A DNA stretch of 32,000 nt from Cereibacter sphaeroides 2.4.1 (GTDB lineage: Bacteria; Pseudomonadota; Alphaproteobacteria; Rhodobacterales; Rhodobacteraceae): positions 300,001 through 332,000 of the forward strand of contig NC_007493.2 in the NCBI RefSeq assembly GCF_000012905.2, given 5' to 3'. The notes beneath the pieces were generated by a model. That model ran no database searches. It saw only the letters and a program-made list of their open reading frames with translations, and had not been told where the DNA came from. The position numbers were made by a program, and so were the translations under genes. Within the stretch, counting starts at the first letter, position 1. Each line of letters begins with the position of its first letter. Shown here one piece after another: positions 1 through 12,696 of this stretch.

Positions 1-2088
1 ATGATGTCCCACTCCGGGGCGCGGGGTTCGCCGGCTCAGATGAAGCAGCTGGGCGGGATGCGCGGCCTGATGGCCAAGCCGAACGGCGAGATCATCGAGA
101 CGCCGATCATCTCGAACTTCAAGGAAGGCCTGACCGTGCTCGAGTACTTCAACTCGACCCACGGCGCCCGGAAGGGTCTGGCCGATACCGCGCTGAAGAC
201 GGCGAACTCGGGCTACCTGACCCGTCGTCTCGTGGACGTGGCGCAGGACTGCATCGTGCGCACGCACGATTGCGGCACCGAGAATGCGATCACGGCCTCG
301 GCCGCGGTGAACGAGGGCGAAGTCGTGAGCCCGCTGGCCGAGCGGGTCCTGGGCCGTGTCGCGGCCGAGGACATCCTCGTGCCGGGCTCGGACGAGGTGA
401 TCGTGGCGCGCGGCGAGCTGATCGACGAGCGTCGGGCGGATCTGGTCGATCAGGCGAACGTGGCTTCGGTGCGCATCCGCAGCCCGCTCACCTGTGAAGC
501 GGAAGAGGGCGTCTGCGCCATGTGCTACGGGCGCGACCTTGCCCGCGGCACGCTCGTCAACATCGGCGAGGCGGTGGGCATCATCGCCGCCCAGTCGATC
601 GGCGAACCGGGTACGCAGCTCACGATGCGGACCTTCCACATCGGCGGCATCGCGCAGGGCGGCCAGCAGTCGTTCCTCGAGGCGTCGCAGGAGGGCCGGA
701 TCGAGTTCCGCAACCCGAACCTGCTGGAGAACGCCAACGGCGAGCAGATCGTCATGGGCCGCAACATGCAGCTCGCGATCATCGACGAGGCGGGGCAGGA
801 GCGGGCGACGCACAAGCTGACCTACGGCGCCAAGGTCCATGTCAAGGACGGCCAGACGGTCAAGCGGGCCACGCGCCTGTTCGAATGGGACCCCTACACC
901 CTGCCGATCATCGCCGAGAAGGCCGGCGTGGCGCGGTTCGTGGATCTCGTCTCGGGCATCTCGGTGCGCGAGGACACCGACGAAGCCACCGGCATGACCC
1001 AGAAGATCGTGTCCGACTGGCGCTCGACGCCGAAGGGCGGCGACCTGAAACCGGAAATCATCATCATGAATCCGGAGACGGGCGATCCGATGCGGAACGA
1101 GGCGGGCAACCCGATCTCGTATCCGATGTCGGTCGAGGCGATCCTGTCGGTCGAGGACGGCCAGACCGTCCGGGCCGGCGACGTGGTGGCGCGGATCCCG
1201 CGCGAGGGTGCCCGGACCAAGGACATCACCGGGGGTCTTCCCCGCGTGGCGGAACTGTTCGAGGCCCGTCGTCCGAAGGATCACGCGATCATCGCCGAGA
1301 ACGACGGCTATGTGCGCTTCGGCAAGGACTACAAGAACAAGCGCCGCATCACGATCGAGCCGGTGGACGATACGCTGAACTCGGTCGAATACATGGTGCC
1401 GAAAGGCAAGCACATCCCGGTGCAGGAAGGCGACTTCGTGCAGAAGGGTGACTACATCATGGACGGCAACCCGGCTCCGCACGACATCCTGCGGATCCTG
1501 GGCGTCGAGGCGCTGGCCAACTACATGATCGACGAAGTGCAGGAGGTCTACCGACTGCAGGGCGTGAAGATCAACGACAAGCATATCGAGGTGATCGTGC
1601 GGCAGATGCTGCAGAAATACGAGATCCTCGACTCGGGCGAGACCACGCTGCTCAAGGGCGAGCATGTGGACAAGGCCGAGCTTGACGAGGTCAACCAGAA
1701 GGCCATGGACCACGGGATGCGGCCGGCTCATGCCGAACCGATCCTGCTCGGGATCACCAAGGCGTCGCTGCAGACCCGCAGCTTCATCTCGGCGGCCTCG
1801 TTCCAGGAGACGACGCGCGTGCTGACCGAAGCCTCGGTGCAGGGCAAGCGCGACAAGCTCGTTGGCCTGAAGGAGAACGTGATCGTCGGCCGGCTGATCC
1901 CGGCCGGGACGGGCGGGGCCACCTCGCGCGTCAAGAAGATCGCGCACGACCGCGACCAGAAGGTGATCGACACCCGCCGGGCCGAGGCCGAATCCGCGGC
2001 GGCGCTGGCGGCGCCGACGGACGGGGTGATCGATCTCGGCTCCGAGGACTCGGGGCTGGTGGAAACGGTGGAGAACCGCGAGGAGTGA
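1..2088 (+). CDS. rpoC: DNA-directed RNA polymerase subunit beta-prime, C-terminal ~695 aa (5' end upstream of window)
   Basis: Frame open from base 1 to TGA 2086-2088. Translation carries beta-prime hallmarks ([64 protein letters not shown]). The leading M in the ORF track is internal, not a start. Confidence 0.97.
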   Translation: MMSHSGARGSPAQMKQLGGMRGLMAKPNGEIIETPIISNFKEGLTVLEYFNSTHGARKGLADTALKTANSGYLTRRLVDVAQDCIVRTHDCGTENAITASAAVNEGEVVSPLAERVLGRVAAEDILVPGSDEVIVARGELIDERRADLVDQANVASVRIRSPLTCEAEEGVCAMCYGRDLARGTLVNIGEAVGIIAAQSIGEPGTQLTMRTFHIGGIAQGGQQSFLEASQEGRIEFRNPNLLENANGEQIVMGRNMQLAIIDEAGQERATHKLTYGAKVHVKDGQTVKRATRLFEWDPYTLPIIAEKAGVARFVDLVSGISVREDTDEATGMTQKIVSDWRSTPKGGDLKPEIIIMNPETGDPMRNEAGNPISYPMSVEAILSVEDGQTVRAGDVVARIPREGARTKDITGGLPRVAELFEARRPKDHAIIAENDGYVRFGKDYKNKRRITIEPVDDTLNSVEYMVPKGKHIPVQEGDFVQKGDYIMDGNPAPHDILRILGVEALANYMIDEVQEVYRLQGVKINDKHIEVIVRQMLQKYEILDSGETTLLKGEHVDKAELDEVNQKAMDHGMRPAHAEPILLGITKASLQTRSFISAASFQETTRVLTEASVQGKRDKLVGLKENVIVGRLIPAGTGGATSRVKKIAHDRDQKVIDTRRAEAESAAALAAPTDGVIDLGSEDSGLVETVENREE

Positions 2089-2113
2089 TCCTCCCCTCTC
2101 TCGCCTGACCATG

Positions 2114-2147
2114 GGCCCGCGCACTCCGGTGCGCGGGCCTTTCCTTT
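2114..2147 (+). terminator. Rho-independent terminator downstream of rpoC
   Basis: Perfect 11-bp stem GGCCCGCGCAC (2114-2124) / GTGCGCGGGCC (2129-2139), tetraloop TCCG, followed by TTTCCTTT (2140-2147). Lies 26 nt after the rpoC stop. Confidence 0.7.
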
Positions 2148-2279
2148 GGGAAACGCCCCGGGCCGCGCCCGGTGATGCCCGCCCGCCACGGCCCGCGGCC
2201 CCTCCGGCCGAAACACCGCGTCGCGCTTCCCTCCGGCTTCGGTCGCGGTCTAGGGTCGAGAGGCGGGACGGAGGATTTC

Positions 2280-3206
2280 GTGCGACTCTCGGACAATCTG
2301 CGCGGCGCCCTCGCCATGACCGTGGCCATGGCCGCCTTCACGGTGAACGATGCCCTGATGAAGGCCGTGACGCAGACCATGCCGCTCTTTCAGGCCATCG
2401 CGCTCCGGGGCCTCGTCTCGCTGCCGCTTCTGTTTCTCTATGGCTGGGCCGTGGGCGGCCTGCGCTTCCGCATCCCGCGCAGGGACGGTGGGCTCCTCGC
2501 GCTGCGAGCGGGGGCCGATGTGCTCTCGACCGTCGCCTATCTCTCGGCGCTGATGGTCCTGCCGCTCGCCAACCTCGTGGCGATCCTCCAGTCCGTGCCG
2601 CTGGCCGTGACGCTGGCCGCCGCCCTCGTGCTGAAGGAGCCACTGGGCTGGCGGCGGTTTTCGGCGATCCTGATCGGGTTCTGCGGCGTCCTGCTCATCG
2701 TACGACCCGGCGCAGAAGGGTTCAGCCTCTGGTCGCTCGTGGGGCTGGCGGCGGTTGGCTGCATCGTGGCGCGCGACCTCGCCACCCGGCGCATCGGCTC
2801 CGATCTTCCGGCGGCGACCATCGCGCTCTGGACCTCGGGCGCCGTCACCCTCCTGGGGTTGGCGGGCAGCCTGCCCTCGGGGTTCGGGCCGGTGACGGGG
2901 GGCGAGGCGTTCTATCTCGGCGGCGCGGCGGTGGCGCTGATGGTGGGCTATCTCTCCATCGTCCTCGCCATGCGGGGAGGGGACATCGCGGCCGTCTCGC
3001 CCTTCCGCTATACGGCCCTTCTGTGGGCCATCGCCCTCGGCTGGCTTCTCTTCGGCGATCTGCCCGACGGGCTGGCCCTTCTGGGATTTGCGGTGATCAC
3101 GGCGACGGGGCTCTTCACGATCTGGCGCGAGGCGCGGCTGCGCCGGCTGCCGCGGGAAGCATCTGTTGACATCCCCTCCGACTCCCCCTATACGCCGCCT
3201 ACCTGA
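2280..3206 (+). CDS. DMT (EamA-like) family inner-membrane transporter
   Basis: ORF 2172-3206. About 10 hydrophobic segments and two EamA-like halves (AFTVNDALMKAV..., RYTALLWAIALGWLLFGD). The N-terminal 36 codons are Arg/Pro/Gly-rich and non-membrane. In-frame GTG at 2280 is preceded by GGAGG (2271-2275), so the start is placed there. Start is uncertain. Confidence 0.8.
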   Translation: MRLSDNLRGALAMTVAMAAFTVNDALMKAVTQTMPLFQAIALRGLVSLPLLFLYGWAVGGLRFRIPRRDGGLLALRAGADVLSTVAYLSALMVLPLANLVAILQSVPLAVTLAAALVLKEPLGWRRFSAILIGFCGVLLIVRPGAEGFSLWSLVGLAAVGCIVARDLATRRIGSDLPAATIALWTSGAVTLLGLAGSLPSGFGPVTGGEAFYLGGAAVALMVGYLSIVLAMRGGDIAAVSPFRYTALLWAIALGWLLFGDLPDGLALLGFAVITATGLFTIWREARLRRLPREASVDIPSDSPYTPPT

Positions 3207-3216
3207 CCTGCGGGCT

Positions 3217-3245
3217 TTGCGGCCGGCAGCCAGCTTCAGTTAACT
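3217..3245 (+). promoter_or_regulatory. Candidate sigma70-type promoter for the str operon (weak)
   Basis: TTGCGG (3217-3222), 17-nt spacer, TTAACT (3240-3245), about 170 nt upstream of rpsL. Hexamer matches are modest. No other support. Confidence 0.2.
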
Positions 3246-3418
3246 GTAGTGGTCATGATCCGGGCCATGTGCCCCGATCCTCTGGAATTCCACCACGTCG
3301 TCCCCGCCAAAGGGACGTCCGCGGTTTTGGTGTTTGTGTGAACAGGCACCACGAACGGCGCCCCCCGATCGGATCCGGGCAGGCGTGAATGAAACGGGTT
3401 GCAACACGGGGAACGTGA

Positions 3419-3790
3419 ATGCCAACGATCCAACAGCTCATCCGCAAGCCGCGGGAGCCGAAACGAGTCCGCTCCAAGTCCCAGCACCTGGAGTCCTGCC
3501 CGCAGAAGCGTGGCGTCTGCACGCGCGTCTACACCACGACGCCGAAGAAGCCGAACTCCGCTATGCGTAAGGTCGCCAAGGTTCGCCTGACCAACGGCTT
3601 CGAGGTGATCTCCTACATCCCCGGCGAAAAGCACAACCTGCAAGAGCACTCCGTCGTGCTCATCCGTGGCGGCCGCGTGAAAGACCTTCCCGGCGTGCGT
3701 TACCACATCCTGCGCGGTGTCCTCGATACCCAGGGTGTCAAAGATCGTCGTCAACGCCGTTCGAAATACGGCGCGAAGCGTCCGAAATAA
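3419..3790 (+). CDS. rpsL: 30S ribosomal protein S12
   Basis: 123 aa. [12 protein letters not shown]..., [16 protein letters not shown] and [17 protein letters not shown] are near-invariant S12 sequence. ATG 3419, TAA 3788-3790. Confidence 0.99.
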   Translation: MPTIQQLIRKPREPKRVRSKSQHLESCPQKRGVCTRVYTTTPKKPNSAMRKVAKVRLTNGFEVISYIPGEKHNLQEHSVVLIRGGRVKDLPGVRYHILRGVLDTQGVKDRRQRRSKYGAKRPK

Positions 3791-3802
3791 GGAGTTCCGG
3801 GG

Positions 3803-4273
3803 ATGTCCCGTCGTCACGCAGCCGAGAAGCGCGAAATCCTGCCCGACGCCAAATTCGGCGATACGGTTCTGACCAAGTTCATGAACAACCTGATGATCGA
3901 CGGCAAGAAGTCGGTCGCGGAATCCATCGTCTACAACGCGCTCGACCGCGTGCAGACCCGCCTGAAGCGCGAACCGCTCGAAGCCTTCCACGAAGCGCTC
4001 GACAACGTGAAGCCTTCGGTCGAAGTGCGCTCGCGCCGCGTCGGCGGTGCGACCTACCAGGTTCCGGTCGAGGTCCGCACCGAGCGCCGTGAGGCACTGG
4101 CGATCCGCTGGCTCATCACCGCGGCGCGCAAGCGCAACGAGAACACCATGGAAGAGCGTCTCGCCGCCGAGCTCGCCGATGCCTGCAACAACCGCGGGAC
4201 GGCCGTGAAGAAGCGCGAAGACACCCACAAGATGGCCGACGCGAACAAGGCGTTCAGCCATTACCGCTGGTAA
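3803..4273 (+). CDS. rpsG: 30S ribosomal protein S7
   Basis: 156 aa. Typical S7 sequence (ILPDAKFGD..., [19 protein letters not shown], ...AFSHYRW). Starts 12 nt after rpsL with GGAG upstream. Confidence 0.99.
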   Translation: MSRRHAAEKREILPDAKFGDTVLTKFMNNLMIDGKKSVAESIVYNALDRVQTRLKREPLEAFHEALDNVKPSVEVRSRRVGGATYQVPVEVRTERREALAIRWLITAARKRNENTMEERLAAELADACNNRGTAVKKREDTHKMADANKAFSHYRW

Positions 4274-4297
4274 CCCTTCAGCCTGAGGACCATCCCA

Positions 4298-6415
<2,118 letters not shown>

Positions 6416-6489
6416 GCGCGGTGGGCGGTCAGCCCACCCTACCAACCCCGTAGGGTGCACCCCACCCGCGAACGTCTCAGGAGGCCATC

Positions 6490-7665
6490 ATGGCAAAGGC
6501 AAAGTTTGAACGTAACAAACCGCACGTCAACATCGGCACGATCGGCCACGTTGACCACGGCAAGACGACTCTGACGGCCGCGATCACGAAGTATTTCGGC
6601 GAGTTCCGCGCCTACGACCAGATCGACGGCGCGCCGGAAGAGCGGGCCCGCGGGATCACGATCTCGACCGCGCACGTGGAATACGAGTCGGACACGCGCC
6701 ACTATGCGCACGTCGACTGCCCCGGCCACGCCGACTATGTGAAGAACATGATCACCGGCGCCGCGCAGATGGACGGCGCGATCCTCGTGGTGAACGCGGC
6801 CGACGGCCCGATGCCGCAGACGCGCGAGCACATCCTGCTCGGCCGTCAGGTGGGCATCCCCTACATGGTCGTCTACATGAACAAGGTCGACCAGGTGGAC
6901 GATCCGGAACTCATCGAGCTGGTCGAGATGGAGATCCGCGAGCTTCTGTCGTCCTACGACTACCCCGGCGACGACATTCCGATCATCAAGGGCTCGGCTC
7001 TGGCCGCGATGAACGGCACCGACAAGGAAATCGGCGAGGATTCGATCCGCGCGCTGATCGCCGCCGTGGATGAATACATCCCGACCCCGGCGCGTGCCGT
7101 GGACCAGCCCTTCCTGATGCCGGTCGAGGACGTGTTCTCGATCTCGGGCCGCGGCACCGTGGCCACGGGCCGGATCGAGCGCGGTGTGGTGAAGGTGGGT
7201 GAGGAACTCGAGATCGTCGGCATCCGCCCGTCGAAGAAGACGGTCTGCACCGGCGTCGAGATGTTCCGCAAGCTCCTCGACCAGGGCGAAGCGGGCGACA
7301 ACGTGGGCCTGCTGCTCCGCGGCGTGGACCGCGACGGCATCGAGCGCGGGCAGGTTCTCTGCAAGCCGGGCTCGGTGAAGCCGCACACGAAGTTCGAGGC
7401 CGAGGCCTACATCCTCACGAAAGAGGAAGGCGGCCGCCACACCCCGTTCTTCGCCAACTACCGTCCGCAGTTCTACTTCCGGACCACCGACGTGACCGGG
7501 ACCGTGCAACTGCCGGAAGGCACCGAGATGGTGATGCCGGGCGACAACCTGAAGTTCAACGTCGAGCTGATCGCGCCGATCGCCATGGAAGAGAAGCTCC
7601 GCTTCGCCATCCGTGAAGGCGGCCGCACCGTCGGCGCCGGCGTCGTCTCGAAAATCATCGCGTAA
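6490..7665 (+). CDS. tuf: Elongation factor Tu
   Basis: 391 aa. [17 protein letters not shown] and NKVD motifs. AGGAGG 6 nt upstream of ATG 6490. Confidence 0.99.
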   Translation: MAKAKFERNKPHVNIGTIGHVDHGKTTLTAAITKYFGEFRAYDQIDGAPEERARGITISTAHVEYESDTRHYAHVDCPGHADYVKNMITGAAQMDGAILVVNAADGPMPQTREHILLGRQVGIPYMVVYMNKVDQVDDPELIELVEMEIRELLSSYDYPGDDIPIIKGSALAAMNGTDKEIGEDSIRALIAAVDEYIPTPARAVDQPFLMPVEDVFSISGRGTVATGRIERGVVKVGEELEIVGIRPSKKTVCTGVEMFRKLLDQGEAGDNVGLLLRGVDRDGIERGQVLCKPGSVKPHTKFEAEAYILTKEEGGRHTPFFANYRPQFYFRTTDVTGTVQLPEGTEMVMPGDNLKFNVELIAPIAMEEKLRFAIREGGRTVGAGVVSKIIA

Positions 7666-7684
7666 ACCGCAATTGGCAGAGGGG

Positions 7685-7713
7685 CGGGGGGACGATTCCA
7701 CGCCCCCCCGTTT
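7685..7713 (+). promoter_or_regulatory. G/C-run stem-loop in the tuf-rpsJ spacer (weak terminator or attenuator candidate)
   Basis: CGGGGGG (7685-7691) pairs with CCCCCCG (7704-7710). 12-nt loop, then TTT (7711-7713). Only 7 bp and a short T-run. Confidence 0.3.
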
Positions 7714-7737
7714 CCCGCCAAGCCCGAGGGCAATGAA

Positions 7738-8046
7738 ATGCAAGGTCAGACTATCCGCATCAGGCTGAAGGCCTTCGATTACCGGGTGCTGGACGCCAGC
7801 ACCCAGGAAATCGTGAACACCGCCAAGCGGACCGGTGCGCAAGTGCGCGGCCCGATCCCGCTGCCGAACAAGATCGAGAAGTTCACCGTTCTCCGCGGTC
7901 CGCACATCGACAAGAAGTCGCGCGACCAGTGGGAGATCCGGACGCACAAGCGTCTTCTCGACATCGTCGATCCGACCCCGCAGACCGTGGACGCGCTGAT
8001 GAAGCTCGACCTCGCGGCCGGCGTGGACATTCAGATCAAGGTTTGA
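7738..8046 (+). CDS. rpsJ: 30S ribosomal protein S10
   Basis: 102 aa. IRIRLKAFD...LDAS...RGPIPLP...[13 protein letters not shown] is typical S10. Confidence 0.99.
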
Positions 8047-8059
8047 GGGGTCCACGAAG

Positions 8060-8782
8060 ATGCGTTCTGGTGTAATCGCCAAGAAGCTGGGCATGACCCG
8101 GCTGTTCCTCGAGGACGGGAAACAGGTTCCCGTGACCGTCCTCCAACTCGACTCGCTTCAGGTCGTCGCGCAGCGCACGACCGAGAAGGACGGCTACACC
8201 GCCGTTCAGCTCGGCGCGGGCGCGGCCAAGGCCAAGCGCGTGTCGGCGGCCCAGCGTGGCCACTTCGCGAAAGCGAACGTGGAGCCCAAGCGCAAGATCG
8301 CCGAATTCCGCGTGACGCCGGACTGCCTGATCGATGTCGGCGCCGAGATCACTGCTGACCACTACTTTGCGGGTCAGTTCGTGGACATCGCCGGCACCTC
8401 GATCGGTAAGGGCTTTGCCGGTGCCATGAAGCGGCACAACTTCGGCGGTCTGCGCGCCTCGCACGGCGTGTCGATCAGCCACCGCTCGCACGGCTCCACC
8501 GGCCAGTGCCAGGATCCCGGCAAGGTGTTCAAGGGCAAGAAGATGGCCGGCCACATGGGTGCTGCCCGTGTGACCACGCAGAACCTGCAGGTCGTGCGCA
8601 CCGACAGCGACCGCGGCCTGATCATGGTGAAGGGCGCCGTTCCCGGTTCGAAGGGCGGCTGGGTCACCATCAAGGACGCGGTGAAGAAGCCGGCGCCGGA
8701 ACAAGCGATCCGTCCGGCGGCGATCCGTGCCGCGGCGGTTGCCGAGGAAACCTCCACCGGAGGCGAAAGCAATGAAGGCTGA
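8060..8782 (+). CDS. rplC: 50S ribosomal protein L3
   Basis: 240 aa. [13 protein letters not shown]..., [12 protein letters not shown]...SHG.S.SHR..GS.G and [10 protein letters not shown] motifs. Has an alpha-type C-terminal extension. Confidence 0.98.
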
Positions 8783-9392
8783 AGTCATCAAGCTGGACGC
8801 GAGCCCCGCTGGCTCGATTGAACTCGACGACGCGATCTTCGGTCTGGAGCCGCGCGCCGACATCCTGCACCGCGTCGTGCGCTGGCAGCGGGCGAAGGCC
8901 CAGGCCGGCACGCACTCGGTGCTCGGCAAGTCGGACGTGAGCTACTCGACCAAGAAGATCTATCGCCAGAAAGGCACCGGCGGCGCTCGCCACGGGTCCA
9001 AGAAGGCGCCGATCTTCCGTCACGGTGGCGTCTACAAGGGCCCGACCCCGCGCAGCCACGCCCACGACCTGAACAAGAAGTTCCGGGCGCTCGGGCTGAA
9101 GCACGCGCTGTCGTCCAAGGCCACGACGGGCAACCTGATCGTGCTCGAGGACATCGCGCTGGCCGAAGGCAAGACCGCGATGCTCGCGAAAGCGGTGAAG
9201 GAACTCGGCTGGAAGCGCGTGCTCGTCATCGACGGCGCTGACATCAACGAGAACTTCGCCAAGGCCGCGCGCAACCTCGAAGGCGTGGACGTGCTGCCGT
9301 CGATCGGGGCGAACGTGTATGACATCCTGAAGCGTGACACGCTCGTGATCACGAAGGCGGGTGTCGAAGCTCTGGAGGCTCGTCTGAAATGA
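8772..9392 (+). CDS. rplD: 50S ribosomal protein L4
   Basis: The track ORF starts at 8727, but conserved L4 sequence starts at ATG 8772 (MKAEVIKLD...), which is preceded by GGAGG. It overlaps the rplC stop by 11 nt. Contains the [10 protein letters not shown] motif. Confidence 0.95.
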
Positions 9393-9685
9393 CCGCCAAA
9401 CCCGAACATTACGATGTGATCCGCAAGCCGGTGATCACCGAGAAGGCGACCATGACGTCGGAAGCCAACGGCGTGGTCTTCGCGGTGGCGATGGAAGCGA
9501 CCAAACCGCAGATCAAGGAAGCGGTCGAGGCCATCTTCAACGTCAAGGTCAAGGCGGTGAACACCGTCGTGACCAAGGGCAAGACCAAGAAGTTCAAGGG
9601 CCGCCCCGGCGTGCGCTCGGACCGCAAGAAAGCCTATGTGACGCTCGAGGAAGGAAACACCATCGACGTCTCGACGGGCCTCTGA
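9389..9685 (+). CDS. rplW: 50S ribosomal protein L23
   Basis: 98 aa, typical L23 ([11 protein letters not shown]..., KKAYVTL). The ATGA junction overlaps the rplD stop. Confidence 0.98.
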
Positions 9686-9705
9686 TAGAAGGCCTGCGAA
9701 TCTCG

Positions 9706-9735
9706 CGGCCCCGGGCTTCCGGGGCCGTGATTTTT
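9706..9735 (+). terminator. Terminator-like hairpin inside the S10 cluster (rplW-rplB spacer)
   Basis: 9-bp stem CGGCCCCGG (9706-9714) / CCGGGGCCG (9719-9727), loop GCTT, then TGA-TTTTT (9731-9735) and ATAAA. Function (full, partial or none) is unknown. Confidence 0.45.
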
Positions 9736-9807
9736 ATAAACTGGGGATCTTCGGAGCCCTGTACCGGCCCCTCCCGAGGGGTCTCTAGCTGACGGAAGAC
9801 AGGAAGC

Positions 9808-10647
9808 ATGGCACTCAAGTCGTACAAACCGACGACGCCTGGCCAGCGTGGGCTGGTTCTGATCGACCGTTCGGAGCTGTGGAAAGGCCGTCCGGTCAAG
9901 ACCCTCGTCGAGGGCCTGATCAAGACCGGTGGCCGGAACAACACCGGACGCGTCACGATGTGGCACAAGGGCGGCGGAGCCAAGCGGCTCTACCGCATCG
10001 TGGATTTCAAGCGTCGCAAGTTCGACGTGCCGGCCGTGGTCGAGCGCATCGAATACGACCCGAACCGCACCGCGTTCATCGCGCTCGTGCGCTATGAGGA
10101 TGGCGAGCTCGCCTACATCCTCGCGCCGCAGCGCCTCGCCGTGGGCGACAGCGTCGTCGCCGGCGTCAAGACCGACGTGAAGCCCGGCAACGCGATGCCC
10201 TTCTCGGGCATGCCGATCGGCACGATCGTGCACAACGTCGAGCTGAAGCCCGGCAAGGGTGGCCAGCTGGCCCGCGCCGCCGGCACCTACGCCCAGTTCG
10301 TCGGCCGCGACGGCGGCTATGCCCAGATCCGTCTGAGCTCGGGCGAGCTGCGCATGGTGCGTCAGGAATGCATGGCCACCGTGGGTGCCGTGTCGAACCC
10401 GGACAACTCGAACCAGAACTTCGGCAAGGCCGGCCGGATGCGGCACAAGGGTGTGCGCCCGACCGTCCGCGGCGTGGCCATGAACCCGATCGACCACCCG
10501 CACGGCGGCGGCGAAGGCCGGACCTCGGGCGGCCGTCACCCGGTCACCCCGTGGGGCAAGGGCACCAAGGGCAACCGGACCCGCAAGAGCAAGGCTTCGG
10601 ACAAGCTGATTGTCCGCTCGCGGCACGCGAAGAAGAAAGGGCGCTGA
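9808..10647 (+). CDS. rplB: 50S ribosomal protein L2
   Basis: 279 aa. [14 protein letters not shown] and the rest of the sequence are typical L2. Confidence 0.99.
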   Translation: MALKSYKPTTPGQRGLVLIDRSELWKGRPVKTLVEGLIKTGGRNNTGRVTMWHKGGGAKRLYRIVDFKRRKFDVPAVVERIEYDPNRTAFIALVRYEDGELAYILAPQRLAVGDSVVAGVKTDVKPGNAMPFSGMPIGTIVHNVELKPGKGGQLARAAGTYAQFVGRDGGYAQIRLSSGELRMVRQECMATVGAVSNPDNSNQNFGKAGRMRHKGVRPTVRGVAMNPIDHPHGGGEGRTSGGRHPVTPWGKGTKGNRTRKSKASDKLIVRSRHAKKKGR

Positions 10648-10650
10648 GCC

Positions 10651-10929
10651 ATGGCACGTTCTACCTGGAAAGGCCCCTTCGTCGACGGGTACCTGCTGAA
10701 AAAGGCAGAGAAGTCGCGCGAGTCGGGCAAGAATGAAGTGATCAAGATCTGGTCGCGGCGCTCCACCATCCTGCCGCAGTTCGTGGGTCTGACCTTCGGC
10801 GTCTACAACGGCAAGAAGCACGTCCCGGTCAACGTGACCGAGGAGATGATCGGCCAGAAGTTCGGTGAATATTCGCCGACCCGGACCTACTACGGTCACG
10901 CGGCCGACAAGAAAGCGAAGAGGAAGTAA
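10651..10929 (+). CDS. rpsS: 30S ribosomal protein S19
   Basis: 92 aa. [12 protein letters not shown]..., [15 protein letters not shown] and GHKFGEF-like motifs. Confidence 0.99.
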   Translation: MARSTWKGPFVDGYLLKKAEKSRESGKNEVIKIWSRRSTILPQFVGLTFGVYNGKKHVPVNVTEEMIGQKFGEYSPTRTYYGHAADKKAKRK

Positions 10930-10932
10930 TCC

Positions 10933-11312
10933 ATGGGCAAGGAAAAGAACCCGCGCCGCGTGGGCGAAAACGAGGCTTTTGCCAAGGTGAAGATGCTGCG
11001 CACCTCGCCGCAGAAGCTGAACCTCGTCGCGGCCCTCATCCGTGGCAAGAAGGTCGACAAGGCGATCGCTGACCTCACCTTCTCGAAGAAGCGCATCAGC
11101 CAGGACGTGCTGAAGTGCCTGCAGTCGGCCATCGCGAACGCCGAGAACAACCACGGCCTCGACGTGGACGAACTCGTGGTCTCGGAAGCCTTCTGCGGCA
11201 AGAACCTTGTCATGAAGCGCGGTCGTCCGCGCGCTCGCGGCCGGTTCGGCAAGATCATGAAACCGTTCAGCGAGCTCACGATCAAGGTGAAGCAAGTCGG
11301 GGAGACTGCGTA

Positions 11313-11313
<1 letters not shown>
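10933..11313 (+). CDS. rplV: 50S ribosomal protein L22
   Basis: 126 aa. [17 protein letters not shown]... and [13 protein letters not shown] are typical L22. Confidence 0.98.
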
Positions 11314-12029
<716 letters not shown>

Positions 12030-12043
12030 GGGAGCAATGACAG

Positions 12044-12457
12044 ATGCTGCAACCGAAACGGACGAAGTTCCGCAAACAGCACAAGGGCCGCATCCACGGT
12101 GAAGCCAAGGGCGGGTTCCTCCTGAACTTCGGCGGCTTCGGCCTCAAGGCCACCGAGCCCGAGCGTGTGACCGCGCGGCAGATCGAGGCTGCTCGCCGCG
12201 CGATCACGCGCCACATGAAGCGTCAGGGCCGGGTCTGGATCCGCGTGTTCCCGGACGTGCCGGTGACCTCGAAGCCCACCGAAGTCCGGATGGGTAAGGG
12301 CAAGGGCTCGGTCGACTACTGGGCGGCCAAGGTGAAGCCGGGCCGGATCATGTTCGAGATCGACGGCGTGTCCGAGACCATCGCCCGCGAGGCCCTGCGC
12401 CTCGGCGCGATGAAACTGCCGGTCATGACCCGGATCGTGGTCCGCGAGGACTGGTGA
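12044..12457 (+). CDS. rplP: 50S ribosomal protein L16
   Basis: 137 aa. [16 protein letters not shown]... and [14 protein letters not shown] are typical L16. Confidence 0.99.
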   Translation: MLQPKRTKFRKQHKGRIHGEAKGGFLLNFGGFGLKATEPERVTARQIEAARRAITRHMKRQGRVWIRVFPDVPVTSKPTEVRMGKGKGSVDYWAAKVKPGRIMFEIDGVSETIAREALRLGAMKLPVMTRIVVREDW

Positions 12458-12484
12458 TCTCCCGCCCCAGGCGGGCAGGACAGA

Positions 12485-12518
12485 GGCCCCCGGACGCAGC
12501 CGCGCCCGGGGGCCTTTT
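12485..12518 (+). terminator. Terminator-like hairpin inside the S10 cluster (rplP-rpmC spacer)
   Basis: 9-bp stem GGCCCCCGG (12485-12493) / CCGGGGGCC (12506-12514), 12-nt loop, followed directly by TTTT (12515-12518). Lies 28 nt after the rplP stop. Confidence 0.45.
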
Positions 12519-12696
12519 CAATGAAACAAGGCCGGAGGGGCATTCTTTCGCTTGCCCTTCGGCCGAACCTCCTGTAGCAGGCTGCATCCTGCGGATTCCG
12601 GGTCACCGGATTCGCGGATTTGTCATTGATCCACCAGATCCAAGGTAACCCTGCCAAGGTCGGGAGCCCTCTGGTGATTGAAGAAGGAAAGAGGCG

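Noticed and set aside
2111-3169. Off-frame + strand ORFs overlapping real genes. Examples: 2111-3169, 522-1451, 13818-14504, 15571-16098, 17620-18657, 25262-25954, 27370-28113, 30198-30728 and 31161-31607.
   Set aside because: These are alternative frames of recognised genes. They are Arg/Pro/Gly/Ala-rich with no recognisable domains, typical high-GC frame shadows.
12580-12640. Possible tRNA-like T-arm (GGATTCGCGG, or its complement CCGCGAATCC) in the rplP-rpmC spacer.
   Set aside because: No acceptor, D or anticodon stems can be built around it on either strand. The resemblance is limited to a few bases.
12454-12648. 64-aa + strand ORF (GTG start overlapping the rplP stop) covering most of the rplP-rpmC spacer. 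An 18-codon ATG ORF also lies at 12521-12577.
   Set aside because: There is no SD, the terminator-like hairpin lies inside the ORF, third-position GC falls away along it, and the sequence is low-complexity. It is more likely non-coding.
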